This document shows, one piece after another, positions 30,620 through 32,000 of a stretch of DNA of 32,000 bases. The notes below the pieces were generated by a model that was not told where the DNA came from, did not search any database, and saw only the letters and a list, made by a program, of their open reading frames with translations. The stretch lies in NCBI GenBank assembly GCA_022646745.1, contig CP060262.1, forward strand, positions 1,020,001 through 1,052,000. The letters are read 5' to 3'. Origin of the DNA: Planctomycetales bacterium (GTDB taxonomy: Bacteria > 4484-113 > JAFGCY01). The position numbers were made by a program, and so were the translations under genes. How positions within the stretch are numbered: the stretch's first letter is position 1; each line of letters begins with the position of its first letter.

Positions 30620-31945
30620 ATGCCAAGGCATGGCGGCGGAAAGGTTAGGCGCAATACCGAACCTCGCCGGCCGCTGTCCTGCTGCTGCCTGTCCCCGTTG
30701 ATCGTGCTGCTGCTGGCCGGGGGAGCTCTGTGGTACTGGCAACCGGCCATGCTGGGCCAGCTCCGGCAGGATGCCACAAAGCTCATTGGACAACTCCTCC
30801 CCTCCGAACCGGAGCCGCAGTTCAACCACCCGAAGGTCAACTACAAAAGCGACCCCAACAAGTTCAGCCAGGGCGCACTGGATGTCCCGCCGCTCAGCGA
30901 CTCCCCCGCGCTGCCGGGCTTCCGCGAACTGCTGCTGCTGGAGAAGCCGCAAAGCATCGACGGCCGGCTAAGTCGCCTGAAGCATGAAGGACAGGAGTAC
31001 CTGTTCACGGCGATGGGCGCGAACGATGTGCAGTTCATCGGGCCGGAAGGCCCGCTCAGCCTGCCGTATTCGATCACGCCACTGGATGGCAGCTGGCAGG
31101 CGGGCTGGGACTTCAACCGCGACGGGCGCGATGAAGTGGTACCGCTGTTCTCGCTGGAAAGCATCTTCGAAACCCAGCTGCCTGTGCCGGAATACCTCTG
31201 GAGCGGAATGATGGTCAGCAATGCCACGGTGGTGGAGGATGAAAACGGCCAGTCAATCAAGGTGCTGCATGGCCTGCCGGACCTGACCCGGCAGGAGTTC
31301 ATTCCGGCTGTCGATGTGGATGGCGACGGCTGGAAGGAGCTGGTGCTGACCGATACCCGGGTCGGTGATGAACGCACCAAGTTCCTTGTGTACGGTTACC
31401 TCGGGGAGAAGCGCGCCAGCCTGCTGGTGGAGCGTGATGCCTACTTCGCCGGGGTGAGCGATACCAACGGTGACGGCGGGCGCGAGCTGATCCTGTTCGA
31501 CCGTCGCCGCGAGCTGGTTGTGGCCCTGTCTCTGAAAGGTGGATCTCGGGTGGTGCTGACCCCGCTGCCCTTTGCCGATATATCCGCCATGCCTGACCTC
31601 AACGGGGATGGGATCAGCGAACTCGTGGACAGCGGCCGCGCATGGTGGGATCCGGTCAGCGGCTCCTATGTGGAGCTGGAGCCGGCACTGGGCAGCAAAG
31701 ATCCGGATGAAGTGAAGCGGCTGAAGGTGCTGGCCTGTGACCTTGACTCAGATGGCCGCCGGGAACTCATCATCTTCGAGGGCCAGCTGCATGGCCTGGA
31801 GCGCATGGCGGTCTACGCCCCGGACGGCAAGGCGCAGCAGCTGGTGGAATTCGACGATCCACTGGTGGATGCCGCCGTGCTCAGCCGGGGGCAGCAGGAA
31901 TTCCTGGTGCTGGCCGGGCGTAATGGCCTGTGGAGCCTGCCCTGA
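30620..31945 (+). CDS. Membrane-anchored FG-GAP/VCBS-like repeat (integrin-alpha-type propeller) protein
   Basis: The track ORF starts at GTG 30593; I prefer ATG 30620. The N-terminal anchor is LSCCCLSPLIVLLLAGGALWYW. D-x-N/D-x-D-G-x-x-E-L repeats are DFNRDGRDEVV, DVDGDGWKELVL, DTNGDGGRELILF, DLNGDGISELV and DLDSDGRRELIIF. Confidence 0.75.
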   Translation: MPRHGGGKVRRNTEPRRPLSCCCLSPLIVLLLAGGALWYWQPAMLGQLRQDATKLIGQLLPSEPEPQFNHPKVNYKSDPNKFSQGALDVPPLSDSPALPGFRELLLLEKPQSIDGRLSRLKHEGQEYLFTAMGANDVQFIGPEGPLSLPYSITPLDGSWQAGWDFNRDGRDEVVPLFSLESIFETQLPVPEYLWSGMMVSNATVVEDENGQSIKVLHGLPDLTRQEFIPAVDVDGDGWKELVLTDTRVGDERTKFLVYGYLGEKRASLLVERDAYFAGVSDTNGDGGRELILFDRRRELVVALSLKGGSRVVLTPLPFADISAMPDLNGDGISELVDSGRAWWDPVSGSYVELEPALGSKDPDEVKRLKVLACDLDSDGRRELIIFEGQLHGLERMAVYAPDGKAQQLVEFDDPLVDAAVLSRGQQEFLVLAGRNGLWSLP

Positions 31946-32000
31946 GCCAGGGAAAAGTCCTCCAATCAGAGTAATCGGGGAAATTTTCTGAGTGCCTGTA

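Noticed and set aside
1-32000. CRISPR arrays, rRNA genes, prophage structural genes
   Set aside because: I saw no short regularly spaced direct repeats, no rRNA-like conserved blocks, and no capsid, terminase or portal-like translations in any frame of the track.

Overview
About 60% GC bacterial chromosomal window with diderm-type lipoprotein signals. The phylum cannot be determined from the sequence; a PVC/Planctomycetota-like affiliation is only a guess. I support about 21 protein genes and recognised no rRNA, tRNA, CRISPR array, transposase or integrase. The left flank holds topA (runs off the left edge) and dprA, then a lipoprotein with a PKD-like segment and a TIGR03790-like C-terminal domain. 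Next come two tandem azoR paralogs divergent from an HxlR regulator, a PQQ-type beta-propeller lipoprotein, and a short FliA-like sigma factor behind a 530-bp structured leader. The dominant feature spans 11.2-25.6 kb: five tandem same-strand lipoprotein genes of about 920-950 aa. Each has a conserved N-terminal stalk (lipobox, LPxDxxQPWExLD motif, an unrecognised ~170-aa domain, FN3-like and 3 PKD-like segments). The stalk is fused to one of two unrelated C-terminal beta-propeller types. Two gene pairs share 1.2-1.7 kb of near-identical DNA that ends abruptly at domain junctions, which looks like gene conversion or cassette exchange. Both sub-arrays end in the same conserved ~80-nt hairpin element. 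Most genes of this family carry a TAGAATCAG motif about 30 nt upstream of the start codon. I regard this modular surface-lipoprotein diversification locus as the best candidate for an undescribed system; its function is unknown. The right flank holds an NTF2/SnoaL-like protein, an MscS-type channel, a long imperfect inverted repeat, a NUDIX hydrolase, a secreted CAP/SCP-domain protein, secG, a small membrane protein, an orphan flhB and an FG-GAP-type repeat protein. All calls rest on reading the translations and DNA by eye. No searches were run.
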